Positions 43,570 to 52,321 of a stretch of DNA of 64,000 nt are shown here, piece after piece; within the stretch, counting starts at the first letter, position 1, and every line of letters begins with the position of its first letter. A model generated the notes under the pieces. The model saw only the letters and a list, made by a program, of their open reading frames with translations, made no database searches and had not been told where the DNA came from. The DNA comes from Bacteriovoracia bacterium (lineage in GTDB: Bacteria > Bdellovibrionota > UBA1018 > JBFWNL01). The stretch lies in contig JBFWNL010000001.1 of NCBI GenBank assembly GCA_050251055.1, positions 619,825 through 683,824 of the forward strand, written 5' to 3'. Position numbers and translations under genes: made by a program.

Positions 43570-43977
43570 TCAAAGCTTTAAAAAGTCGGCGATGACCGGA
43601 GGGTAGGTTTTTGTATCCACCGGTTTCGGCAGGAACCGAAACGGCGCCGTCGACTTCGGCAGCATCCCCATTATCGTCTCTTGGGTCAGGCCCGACATAA
43701 GGATAAACGGAAGGCGCGGGTACGCCTGTTGGCAGTGGCGTAAAAGGTCGATGCCGTTACTGTCGTTCGCGAGCAAGCAATCGGCGATTACGAGGGAAAA
43801 CTTCTCTCGCGCCAGAAGCTCGCGCGCGCCCACTACGGTTTCGGTGGCGGTGACCCGGATATTCTTCCGCATGTTCTTGATCACCATCGAGAGCACCAGC
43901 CGCGAGGCCTGGTCGTCCTCGACGATCAGCACCTGGGGAGCGGTGAATCCAAGACGGGTTTTAAGCCAATTCAACAT
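43570..43977 (-). CDS. Single-domain response regulator
   Basis: VLIVEDD, phosphoacceptor in LVIAD, MSG, PKP; ATG 43977 preferred. Confidence 0.85.
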   Translation of the reverse strand: MLNWLKTRLGFTAPQVLIVEDDQASRLVLSMVIKNMRKNIRVTATETVVGARELLAREKFSLVIADCLLANDSNGIDLLRHCQQAYPRLPFILMSGLTQETIMGMLPKSTAPFRFLPKPVDTKTYPPVIADFLKL

Positions 43978-44014
43978 GCCTCGATTGTAACGCTTGCCCC
44001 CGCTCGCGACAACC

Positions 44015-44593
44015 TCAGGCTTGCGTGTAAGGGGCGCATTCCCACCGCTCGAGCGGCTTTGAGAAACGATAAACATCCCCATGCGCGAACGCAACGCATG
44101 CTCCGACATTCAGTAATTTCTGTAGAACCTGCCCAACCATCAAATGCCCCACGAGGAGAGCCGGATGGGCGAGATCCAGGACCTTGCTCAAGCCTTCGCT
44201 CACTCGGTGCTCGAAAGCATCCAACGACTCGCCACCCGGGATAATCGCGGGAGCTTCGGACAGGCCCGGCGCAGACGCGACGGGTTTCCCTTCCCACTGG
44301 CCAAAGTGCCGTTCGGAAAAATGCGGAAGCGCCCGCATCTTCACGTGGAGCATGTCGTGCGCGAAGTCCGCGCTTTGCATCGATCGCAGCAGCGTGCTGC
44401 TGAAGATCGTTTTTATCTTTTGAGGATTTTTGGCGAACGCCCGCGTGGTCGCCCGTCGGATCTGCTCCTTCCCCTCATCACTCAATCCAAGGTCGCTTCC
44501 CCCGCCGCAGACTAAGCCACGGGCATGCGCCTCGGTTGCGCCGGCGCGCATGAAGTAAAACCCCGGCGTACCTTGTTGCTGTTTACGTTTCAT
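44015..44593 (-). CDS. Histidine phosphatase (PGM)-fold protein lacking the catalytic His
   Basis: FYFMRAGAT (RHG replaced by RAG), LSDEGKEQ, SSTLLRS, ERHFGQWEG, PGGES, LLVGH. Confidence 0.8.
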   Translation of the reverse strand: MKRKQQQGTPGFYFMRAGATEAHARGLVCGGGSDLGLSDEGKEQIRRATTRAFAKNPQKIKTIFSSTLLRSMQSADFAHDMLHVKMRALPHFSERHFGQWEGKPVASAPGLSEAPAIIPGGESLDAFEHRVSEGLSKVLDLAHPALLVGHLMVGQVLQKLLNVGACVAFAHGDVYRFSKPLERWECAPYTQA

Positions 44594-44644
44594 TTTCCAC
44601 CTCACTCGTTACACACTCGAACTGACTCTCGGGTCAGCCACTAG

Positions 44645-44661
44645 AGCAAGAGGGATGCCGG
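44645..44661 (-). promoter_or_regulatory. Sigma54 promoter
   Basis: CCGGCATCCCTCTTGCT followed by CTAGTG; ~50 nt upstream of ATG 44593. Confidence 0.6.
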
Positions 44662-44784
44662 GAAAAACGGGGAGGTTTCAGGATTTTCAGAGTCACCTTG
44701 GCGCTGATCGCGCGCCCAGTTAGGTCAAATGGTAACTGATCGGTCGTTCAGGTTACTAATGGTTACTTAGAGTTGCCGTCCGGC

Positions 44785-45375
44785 TTAGCGGTGATTTCGC
44801 ACTTCGGAAATCGTGGCGAGCGCGATCAACTGGAGCCCGAGCTCGCGGAACTTCTCGGCGCCGCCCTGCTCGCGATCGACGATAGTCAGAACCGCCGTCG
44901 GGCGATAACCCGCTTCGCGCAGGCGCTCGATCGCCTTCACGCTCGAACCGCCGGTGGTGACCACATCCTCCAATACGAGCACGGGCATACCTTCGCGGAG
45001 GTTCTCCGTCCCTTCGATGAACTTCGAGGTACCGTGCGCCTTGGCTTCTTTACGCACGATAAAAGCGGGCCACTCCAGGCCGGCTTCGCGCGCCGCGAGC
45101 GAAACCGCAGTCGCGATCGGGTCCGCCCCCAACGTGAGTCCCCCCACCGCTTCCACCGGTAGGCCGAGCTCCTGAACACGGGCCACCGCGAGCTGTCCCA
45201 ACAAGTAGGCCCCTTCCGGATGGAGGGTCGTGGGTTTTAGGTCGATGTAAAAAGTGCTCTTCTGCCCGGAGGCGAGGGTAAAGTCACCCTCCCGGTAGCT
45301 GCGCCGACGAATGAGCTCGATCAGCTGGGATTTAAGATGTGATGTATTTTTCGATGGCTTTAGTGGCGTCGGCAT
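44785..45375 (-). CDS. pyrE: Orotate phosphoribosyltransferase
   Basis: FTLASGQKSTFYID, GGLTLGADP, RKEAKAHG, LEDVVTTGGS, VDREQGG. Confidence 0.96.
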   Translation of the reverse strand: MPTPLKPSKNTSHLKSQLIELIRRRSYREGDFTLASGQKSTFYIDLKPTTLHPEGAYLLGQLAVARVQELGLPVEAVGGLTLGADPIATAVSLAAREAGLEWPAFIVRKEAKAHGTSKFIEGTENLREGMPVLVLEDVVTTGGSSVKAIERLREAGYRPTAVLTIVDREQGGAEKFRELGLQLIALATISEVRNHR

Positions 45376-46219
45376 TGAGCTTTTCGAAACGGAAGCTGAA
45401 ACCCCGTCCGTCCTCCAAAACTCGAACTACCACACCTTCCGCCACAAAGGGATCAAAATGGTTTTCTTCCGTGGGCGTCACGTTCATGCGCACCCGGGTG
45501 CCGATCGGGCCGGGAGGCTTTTCGGTGAGGATCTGCATGCCGCCGACGCTGATGTCGCGGCACACCCCGACCATGATGCCGTCTTGATGCGCGAGCATGA
45601 TGCGCGCCACCATGGGTTTGCGCGGGGTACTGCGTAAGTCAATGGTTCGATCGCCAGGAGCGCGGGGTTGTTCCAGTTCCACGGTAATGGTCTCCTCTCC
45701 GGAAGCGGCGAGCTTCTTCACGATGCCCTTAAAGTCCTCGATCTCTTTCAGTCGGTGCCAGCCGTCCATGCCATCTCGCCAGGCGTGCACGCGGCCGTTA
45801 ATTTTTCCAATCTTAAGGTAACGCTCCACCTCGGAAAGAGAAAACGGCCCGTACTGGCTATGATTGAAATACAGGAACCAATCGCGCGGCTCGACTTCCA
45901 ACGTATCGGCCGATTCGGCCTTCTTTACCTTGGGTTTAGGCTTGGCCGCATCTGCCTGCTCCTTCGCGCGCGCCGAAGCTTTCGTCTTCACCGCGCTCCC
46001 CGGCTCCGCCGGCGCTAAATCACGGAAAGTAGGGCAATCGCAAATGCGCACCCAGGCGCCCTTCGGTCCCTTCCAGATAAAGTGCCCCCAGCTCAACTCG
46101 TGACTCTCAATCCGGCGTAAAACCTCTTTCGAAGTCAGCGGCCCGCTGAGCTGCTCGCCAGCCGCGACGTACCAGTGCGGTGTCGAATCGTCGAGGATGC
46201 GATCGCCCGTATTCTCCAC
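45332..46219 (-). CDS. GYF_2 (DUF4339) x2 plus PilZ domain protein
   Basis: Two W[YF]...Q.GP[LF]...W..G...W repeats; PilZ motifs RSTPR and DISVGG. Confidence 0.85.
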   Translation of the reverse strand: MENTGDRILDDSTPHWYVAAGEQLSGPLTSKEVLRRIESHELSWGHFIWKGPKGAWVRICDCPTFRDLAPAEPGSAVKTKASARAKEQADAAKPKPKVKKAESADTLEVEPRDWFLYFNHSQYGPFSLSEVERYLKIGKINGRVHAWRDGMDGWHRLKEIEDFKGIVKKLAASGEETITVELEQPRAPGDRTIDLRSTPRKPMVARIMLAHQDGIMVGVCRDISVGGMQILTEKPPGPIGTRVRMNVTPTEENHFDPFVAEGVVVRVLEDGRGFSFRFEKLNADATKAIEKYITS

Positions 46220-46220
46220 C

Positions 46221-48305
46221 TCACTGTCCCCCGACCGGTCGGAACTTGAAGGGATAATTCACCTGGACGACTCCGCCGCCCCGAGGAATCGGGAAATCGA
46301 TGCGCTGAATGACCTTCAGGATACAACGCTCGGTATTGGTGTTCTTCAGAGTGGTGGAAACAATACCCGCGCGAGTGACCCGGCCACGCGGCCCAATCAC
46401 GAACGTCGTACCCACGCGACCAGCGAGATTGGGTTGGCCCGCGTTGATCTCGCGCTCATAACAAAGCCTAAACTCGTCTCGATGGGCCAATAGCGCCGCC
46501 TCGACGGCGTCGGCGTCGATCGCGCCCATGACCACGGTTTCTTCCGGACCCCCGGTATTCAGCACCACCCGCGCACGCCCACCCACGATATTCTCGCCGG
46601 TGCCGGCCGCGCCCAAACCCGTACCGACGCGCCCGCCGCCCCGGCCCTTGTCGCTGAGCCCCCCGAGCGATTCGGCGTTACCGCCACCGCCCGAGCCAGT
46701 GCCCGAGAGTGCCAAGCCTCCGCTCCCTTGCGTATTGAACGCGCCAAAACCCGACAGTTTCCCACCCGATTTACCGAGCTGGCTTGCCGTATTGCCCAGC
46801 AAGCTTTGGATCTTCGCGCTCGCACCCTTGAGCAAGTCGACGTTGCCCTCGTTTTCCTCAACCTGGCTGTTGCCGCCGCCCTTGCCCGCGCCCATCATCT
46901 GACCGCGGCGGCCCGCTACCGTTTGGTTCTCGGCGTGCTTCGGCCCGGTCTTCGTTCCACGCGTGCCCTCGGCGCCCTTCGCCCGCGCGCCCTCCCCTTC
47001 GCGACCCTGGGTCTGCGCGAGAGGATTCTTGGCCTGATTTTGTGCCGATGCCTCGTTCTTGGGGTGAATCGCGACGCTCGCATCCATCTTGTCTGGCACA
47101 CGCTTCGACGGATTTGCGCTCGGATTAATATTGAGCGTGACCACGGGTGATGGTTTCGGCTTCACGTTCGTAGGCTTCGGTTGAAACACCGTTTGGTCGG
47201 TCGACGGATTTTGCGCCTGATGGCGGTAGAAGTAGGAGTATTTCTCCGGCTGATAGAGCACGGTCGCGATCCGCTCAGGCAGCTCCTCGACATCGAGGTG
47301 GTCTTTAATCGGCACGCTGACCATGCCCACGATGGCCGCGGTGGTCATCAAAAAAGAGGTGAGCAGGACCTTCACGAAGAAAGCGTCGCGGTCAAGCAGG
47401 CGCCGCCGTTTGAGGTTCGGAGGCGCGGCGGTGTAGCTCAAGTAAAAATCCACCTCCCCGACGGACACCTTGGCGAACTCGCTCGCCCGCAGAAGGTAGG
47501 TCTTTTCTTTTAAGCCCGCGATCTCCTTGAGCTGCCCTTCGGATTGAATCACGCCCTGCATGCTTCCATCGAAATGCAAGGCGTAGCCCTGAGGACCCTT
47601 GGATACGAATGAGTAGGGGCTTGCCGGGAGCGCCCCCGGGATGGGGAAATCGCTCTGGGCGGATTCGCCGATCGTGACGAGCGGTTCGTCGACGAAGTGC
47701 TCGACGTCCATGATCATTCCTCGCCACGACATGATCACTTCCAACGCCCTCTGCGTGTTCGGCGCCGGCTCGAATATCTCCTCGACCTCGCGCTCGTCCT
47801 CCAAGATCAGCGACGAGAAATCTTCCTTAGGATCGAAGAAGAGCTTGCGACCTTCAAACTCCGCGCCCGGCTCCGTCTGGGAGGCATGCGCCGCATCTTC
47901 GATGAAGAACTTCACCTCGTGACCGCCGATCTTAATTCGATCGCCCTCTTTAAGGTTCGCGGAAATGACTTTTTTGCCGTTTAGGTAGAGACCTTCGTCA
48001 CTCGCCAGATCGAAGATGTGACCGGCGCCCTTGTCGTATTCCCCAAGCTCGATCACGGCGTGAATCGGCGCCACTCCTTTACCAGCAAGCTTGAGATCGG
48101 CGGATTCGACGGAACCAATGACGATGCGGCTCTTATGGAAACGAAAAGTCGACTCTTCCTTGCTCTTATGCGGATCGCCCAGGGTAACGAGGGTCACGAC
48201 CTTCTTCGGCAGCTCAATCAAGGGCGCCGCCGTGGCGCCTTCACTGACCTCATCCACGGCGTCGGTGGGGCGCGGGGGAAGCGGGTTGTTTTTCTTCTTG
48301 TCCAT
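46221..48305 (-). CDS. GltG/PglI-like gliding protein (FHA, TM, Gly-rich linker, TonB-C-like AgmX/PglI domain)
   Basis: Degenerate N-terminal FHA, single TM, FRLCYERE...GRV...ERCI...FPIPRGGGVVQVNYPF. Confidence 0.85.
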   Translation of the reverse strand: MDKKKNNPLPPRPTDAVDEVSEGATAAPLIELPKKVVTLVTLGDPHKSKEESTFRFHKSRIVIGSVESADLKLAGKGVAPIHAVIELGEYDKGAGHIFDLASDEGLYLNGKKVISANLKEGDRIKIGGHEVKFFIEDAAHASQTEPGAEFEGRKLFFDPKEDFSSLILEDEREVEEIFEPAPNTQRALEVIMSWRGMIMDVEHFVDEPLVTIGESAQSDFPIPGALPASPYSFVSKGPQGYALHFDGSMQGVIQSEGQLKEIAGLKEKTYLLRASEFAKVSVGEVDFYLSYTAAPPNLKRRRLLDRDAFFVKVLLTSFLMTTAAIVGMVSVPIKDHLDVEELPERIATVLYQPEKYSYFYRHQAQNPSTDQTVFQPKPTNVKPKPSPVVTLNINPSANPSKRVPDKMDASVAIHPKNEASAQNQAKNPLAQTQGREGEGARAKGAEGTRGTKTGPKHAENQTVAGRRGQMMGAGKGGGNSQVEENEGNVDLLKGASAKIQSLLGNTASQLGKSGGKLSGFGAFNTQGSGGLALSGTGSGGGGNAESLGGLSDKGRGGGRVGTGLGAAGTGENIVGGRARVVLNTGGPEETVVMGAIDADAVEAALLAHRDEFRLCYEREINAGQPNLAGRVGTTFVIGPRGRVTRAGIVSTTLKNTNTERCILKVIQRIDFPIPRGGGVVQVNYPFKFRPVGGQ

Positions 48306-48332
48306 CGTACAGTCCTTTGGGCGGCGGCCCCT

Positions 48333-48635
48333 TTATTTACTCAAAACCACGTCGCGCAACATCTCGCGATGAAAGTTCTTACGGCGTTTGACCAAGGAAT
48401 CGAACTTCTCCTGCGGACGGTGCTGGAAGTAAAATTCGCCGGGGTCGTCGAGCTGGCCCTCGATCTGCAGGCCCTCGAAATCCAGCTTCGTTTGCTCCTT
48501 GAAGATCACCTTGGGAGGCGGCGGGGCCTTTTTCATCGATGCCTTGGGAGCGCCGTGAGCGACGTTCGCTTGCGCCGCCCCCCAGACCACGCCCACGATC
48601 ACCACCATCTTCACGACCATCATCATTGCTTCCAT
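48333..48635 (-). CDS. GltF/CglF-like small gliding protein
   Basis: Signal peptide; TKLDFEGLQIEGQL..P...F..LVKRRKNF signature; start at 48635 or 48626. Confidence 0.8.
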   Translation of the reverse strand: MEAMMMVVKMVVIVGVVWGAAQANVAHGAPKASMKKAPPPPKVIFKEQTKLDFEGLQIEGQLDDPGEFYFQHRPQEKFDSLVKRRKNFHREMLRDVVLSK

Positions 48636-51600
48636 GCTTTGCAGCTCCCCTCCAGGTGCATGACCGCGCTTTTCTCGAAGCCGCCGGCATCTCCGTCCAG
48701 GCGCTTTAACGCCGACAAACATTCCCCGGCGTACTCGGCAACCTGCTCCGGATTCTTACTCACCGCCGCGCGCTCGGCTTGCGCCGCCGCCTCATGATAA
48801 GCTTGCGCAAACCGCCCTTTCTCCGCGCCCGCGTCGCGCGCCTTGCCTAAATAGGCCTGCGCGGTCTCGACGTCTCCCGTTCCGAAATGAACGGTCGCCA
48901 ATCCATCGTAAATCCAAGGCGCATCCGCGCCACGCCCCTTCGTCTTGGCGTGGATCTGCTGCCAAAGCGGTTTCGCTTTTCGAAATAGACGGTAGTAGTT
49001 CATCAAGCTCGCAAGATTGAGCTTAGCGGCGTCATGATAGTGGTCACCCTTCAACGCCTGCTTGAAAAGGTAGCTCGCCCGGGCCGCGCGTAGCCAGTCT
49101 TCGGGGCCTTCGCCGCCCAGAAGCACCACGCCCTGATTGTTGAACGCGGCGACATTGCGGGGCTCCAGCTCTAAAGCGCGCGCATAAGCTACGTCGGCCA
49201 ACAGCGGTTTGCCCGAGCCCATCAACACGTTGCCGTATTCAATCCAAGCCGCGGCGTCCTTCGGATTGTGCATCAACTTCTTGCGCACGCCCTCGGCGCT
49301 ATCGCCAGCGGCACCCGCCAAGCGGTAACGTCCCCGGGCGCCCTGCGCGCGATGTGGGGGACGGACTCCCAAGTCGGCCAGCTCATCCACGGTCTCGGGC
49401 ACCGCGGGGCTGTAGATCTCCGCCTCCACGGCCTTCTGGTAAGCCTGTGACCAGGTCTCGGCGGCTTTCTTGCGTAGCGGGTTACTCACATCAAAGAGCG
49501 ACTTGCGAAACTTTTCGATCGCCTTGGGCTGAGAGCCATCGGGAGGCTGGATACGATCCACCTCGGACGCGAACGTGTTCGTCCACTTCGCGAGCCGATA
49601 GAGCGAAGCAATTGCCCAAGGCCCGCCCACGTCGAGCGCGGCGAGGTAAGCCTTACTCAAACGCTCGAAAAACGAAAGCCGCTCGGTAAGGGCTTTCTGC
49701 AGGGCCGTCTCCGGTAGCACCAACGGGCTGAACTTGGTTTCTTCTTCAAGGATCTCCGCGATCCGGTAGCGGGCGTAACCGATAAAAGGAGAACGCCCCT
49801 CGCCCGCCCGCCCCGGCAGGGTCGAAACGCCTTGAAAGGAGGCGATCGCCCGCCGCGGATCCTTTAGGCGTGCCTGTAGGTCGCCCATGCGGGAGCCGCA
49901 CTCGGCCCGAAACTCCACCGGCACCACTTTGCCCTGGGCGCAACTCGCGTAAGCGCGTTCGGCCTCGCTTTCCTTGCCTTGGCGCTCAAAGGCGCGCCCC
50001 ATCTGCAAAAGGGTGGCCCACCGGTCGGTGCCGTTCTTATATATTTTCAAGGCGTCGTCGCGTGCGGCCTGGGCCTTGGAAACTTCTTCGGTGCCCTCAT
50101 AAATCCGCACCGCGGTCTCGAGCGACGCGGCGTCCGTGCCCTGCCGACCTAGGCGTCGAAACAACGCCGCCGAAGGGCTAAAATAGCCTTGGATCAGCAG
50201 CGACGTTGCCGTGCCCTTGGCCTCGGCGTATGCCGCGCGGCTGTTCGGATACTTATCCAGCCATTGATTCGCCAGTCGATCCATCGCGTCCCAGTCGCCG
50301 GACTTGGCGAAGGAACCCAAGGCGTTCGTGTAGGCTTTCTCCGAAAGGTCCGTGGATCCGGCGTTAGCCGCAAAAGTTTCGTAGGCCTTGCCAGCCGAGG
50401 CAAAGTCTTTTTCCTTTTCGTAGACGGCGATCTCGCCCACCCGGAGGCGGTGTTCGAGGTCGTCGATCTGTTTCTTCAGATGCCCGGAGTTTTCGCGCGC
50501 GTCGTAATCCATCAGGGCGCGGTTGCCCCGGATCTCTTGGTTCACTTCCGCCAGCTCGTGGGCCGCCGCGACGTAGCGTTTGGTTTCAGCCTGTTTGGGA
50601 TCGGGCAGGCGATCCGCCGCGACCTGCAGCCAAAGCTTGGCGGCCACGATCGCTTGCTTGGTAGACGGCGCATCTTTGACGATTTTGCGGGCGCGGCTTA
50701 CCGCCGAATCCTGCGTATCTTTATAGTCAGCCAGAAACTGCGCCGACTGCAGAGCCGCCGCGCGCGCTTCCGGAGAGCCCGGCAGGATATCCTGCAGCTC
50801 ATCGGAAGCCTCTACGAAGGTTTTCTCCAGTTCCGTCGGCTTCTCCGATCGCGCGCTCTTCGATTTTGGATTCGCTTTCGCGTATTTCTGAATAGCGTCG
50901 GAGAGCGTGCCCACCCAGAGCGCGGCCGCCTCCTTGGTATAACGCGGATCCTTCGACTTCACGACCTCGTGGTAGTAACCGGTCGATTGCTCGGGCTTAC
51001 CCAGCTCGCGCTTCACCTCGGCAACGTACATTTGAACTTCCGGCGTCTCGCGTCTCGGATCATCGCGCTTGAGAAAGTAGCCCAGATAAGCCTCGTAGTA
51101 AGCTTCGGCGATCTTCAATGAATCGCGGTCCGCCTTCTTCCGAAACTCCTCATGGTGCTCCGTCGCCGTCCGACGTACCATCGCCCGCAAATTCTGAAGG
51201 GCGGCGGAGGTGTCGTCGTCGCCTAGGCTGGGGATGTCGAGCTTACGGATCCGCTCGAGCGCGGGATTATAGCGTTTGCGGCGCAGATCCAAGTCCACGA
51301 GCTTCACGCTAACGCGAAAATGGGTGGCGGAATTGGGGTTCGTGCGCAGGAGGGATTCGTAAACGATCGCGGCCTTATCCGGTTGCACGCGCCGCTCGAA
51401 CTCCCGCCCTAAGCGCTCGAGCGTCTTGGGAAAGTAGGATTTGTCCCCCGCGACCTTTTGAAAGTAGGCGATCGCCTCCTCAACCTGGCCTTGCTCGGTC
51501 ATGAAGATGGCCATGTCGCGCAGGGCTTCTTCGCGGATGCTCAAGAACTTCTCTTCCGACGTCGAAGCTTGCGCCACGGCACGCTTCATCGTCTCCACCG

Positions 51601-52321
51601 CGCGGGAATACTGTTTCGTACGGTAATACGCCCAAGCCAAACGGTGATAAATCCCCGGCAAGAGATCGTTGGGTCGGGCGCGCAGGGCGAGCTCGAAGTA
51701 AGCCTGCGCCTTCGGCAACTCGTTTTGACGAAACGCCTCGTTACCCAGATACCGGTAGGCCTCCACCACGAACGGGCTGCGCGGGAATTTATCGGTCAAA
51801 AGCTGCGCGTAGAGCAGGCTGCGCTTGCGGTCGCCCAGTTCATCGTAGTTGAAGGTCAGAAAATAATAGACGCGGTCCATCTTCTCAAACGGGATATTGA
51901 ACGCGAGGATCTCTTTACAGGCCTGGATCCCGGCGGCCAAGAATTTACGCGAATGCGTCCGGTCGATCAGCTTGTCGGGCGTGCCATTCTCGAGCCGGCG
52001 CTCGTGCACGCGCCCCTCCAGCAAGAATGCGGCCCGGTAAGCCTCGAGGTAAATCTCCGCCAAACGGAAATATAGGTCGGCCATGCGGTTTGTCGGCAGG
52101 CGGCGGCCCAAGGCGATTCGAATCGTCTTGATTTCCTGATCATGAATGCTGCGAATCTGCGATTCGCGGCTGGTCTGCACGGCGCGCAGCTCTTCATCGG
52201 TATAAGCCGCTTCGGCGGACCAGCTCGTGGCCGCCAGAAAGAAGAAAATCCCTAGCGCTAACGCGACGGCCGCGAGGCTACGAAGCGCCAGACTGGCATT
52301 CTGATTCGAGTCCAAAGACAT
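48623..52321 (-). CDS. GltD/AgmU-like periplasmic TPR protein with a GltE/AglT-like C-terminal extension
   Basis: Signal peptide, LYFRLAEIY, many TPR units, REEALRDM; lies between gltC-like and gltF-like genes. Confidence 0.8.
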   Translation of the reverse strand: MSLDSNQNASLALRSLAAVALALGIFFFLAATSWSAEAAYTDEELRAVQTSRESQIRSIHDQEIKTIRIALGRRLPTNRMADLYFRLAEIYLEAYRAAFLLEGRVHERRLENGTPDKLIDRTHSRKFLAAGIQACKEILAFNIPFEKMDRVYYFLTFNYDELGDRKRSLLYAQLLTDKFPRSPFVVEAYRYLGNEAFRQNELPKAQAYFELALRARPNDLLPGIYHRLAWAYYRTKQYSRAVETMKRAVAQASTSEEKFLSIREEALRDMAIFMTEQGQVEEAIAYFQKVAGDKSYFPKTLERLGREFERRVQPDKAAIVYESLLRTNPNSATHFRVSVKLVDLDLRRKRYNPALERIRKLDIPSLGDDDTSAALQNLRAMVRRTATEHHEEFRKKADRDSLKIAEAYYEAYLGYFLKRDDPRRETPEVQMYVAEVKRELGKPEQSTGYYHEVVKSKDPRYTKEAAALWVGTLSDAIQKYAKANPKSKSARSEKPTELEKTFVEASDELQDILPGSPEARAAALQSAQFLADYKDTQDSAVSRARKIVKDAPSTKQAIVAAKLWLQVAADRLPDPKQAETKRYVAAAHELAEVNQEIRGNRALMDYDARENSGHLKKQIDDLEHRLRVGEIAVYEKEKDFASAGKAYETFAANAGSTDLSEKAYTNALGSFAKSGDWDAMDRLANQWLDKYPNSRAAYAEAKGTATSLLIQGYFSPSAALFRRLGRQGTDAASLETAVRIYEGTEEVSKAQAARDDALKIYKNGTDRWATLLQMGRAFERQGKESEAERAYASCAQGKVVPVEFRAECGSRMGDLQARLKDPRRAIASFQGVSTLPGRAGEGRSPFIGYARYRIAEILEEETKFSPLVLPETALQKALTERLSFFERLSKAYLAALDVGGPWAIASLYRLAKWTNTFASEVDRIQPPDGSQPKAIEKFRKSLFDVSNPLRKKAAETWSQAYQKAVEAEIYSPAVPETVDELADLGVRPPHRAQGARGRYRLAGAAGDSAEGVRKKLMHNPKDAAAWIEYGNVLMGSGKPLLADVAYARALELEPRNVAAFNNQGVVLLGGEGPEDWLRAARASYLFKQALKGDHYHDAAKLNLASLMNYYRLFRKAKPLWQQIHAKTKGRGADAPWIYDGLATVHFGTGDVETAQAYLGKARDAGAEKGRFAQAYHEAAAQAERAAVSKNPEQVAEYAGECLSALKRLDGDAGGFEKSAVMHLEGSCKAWKQ

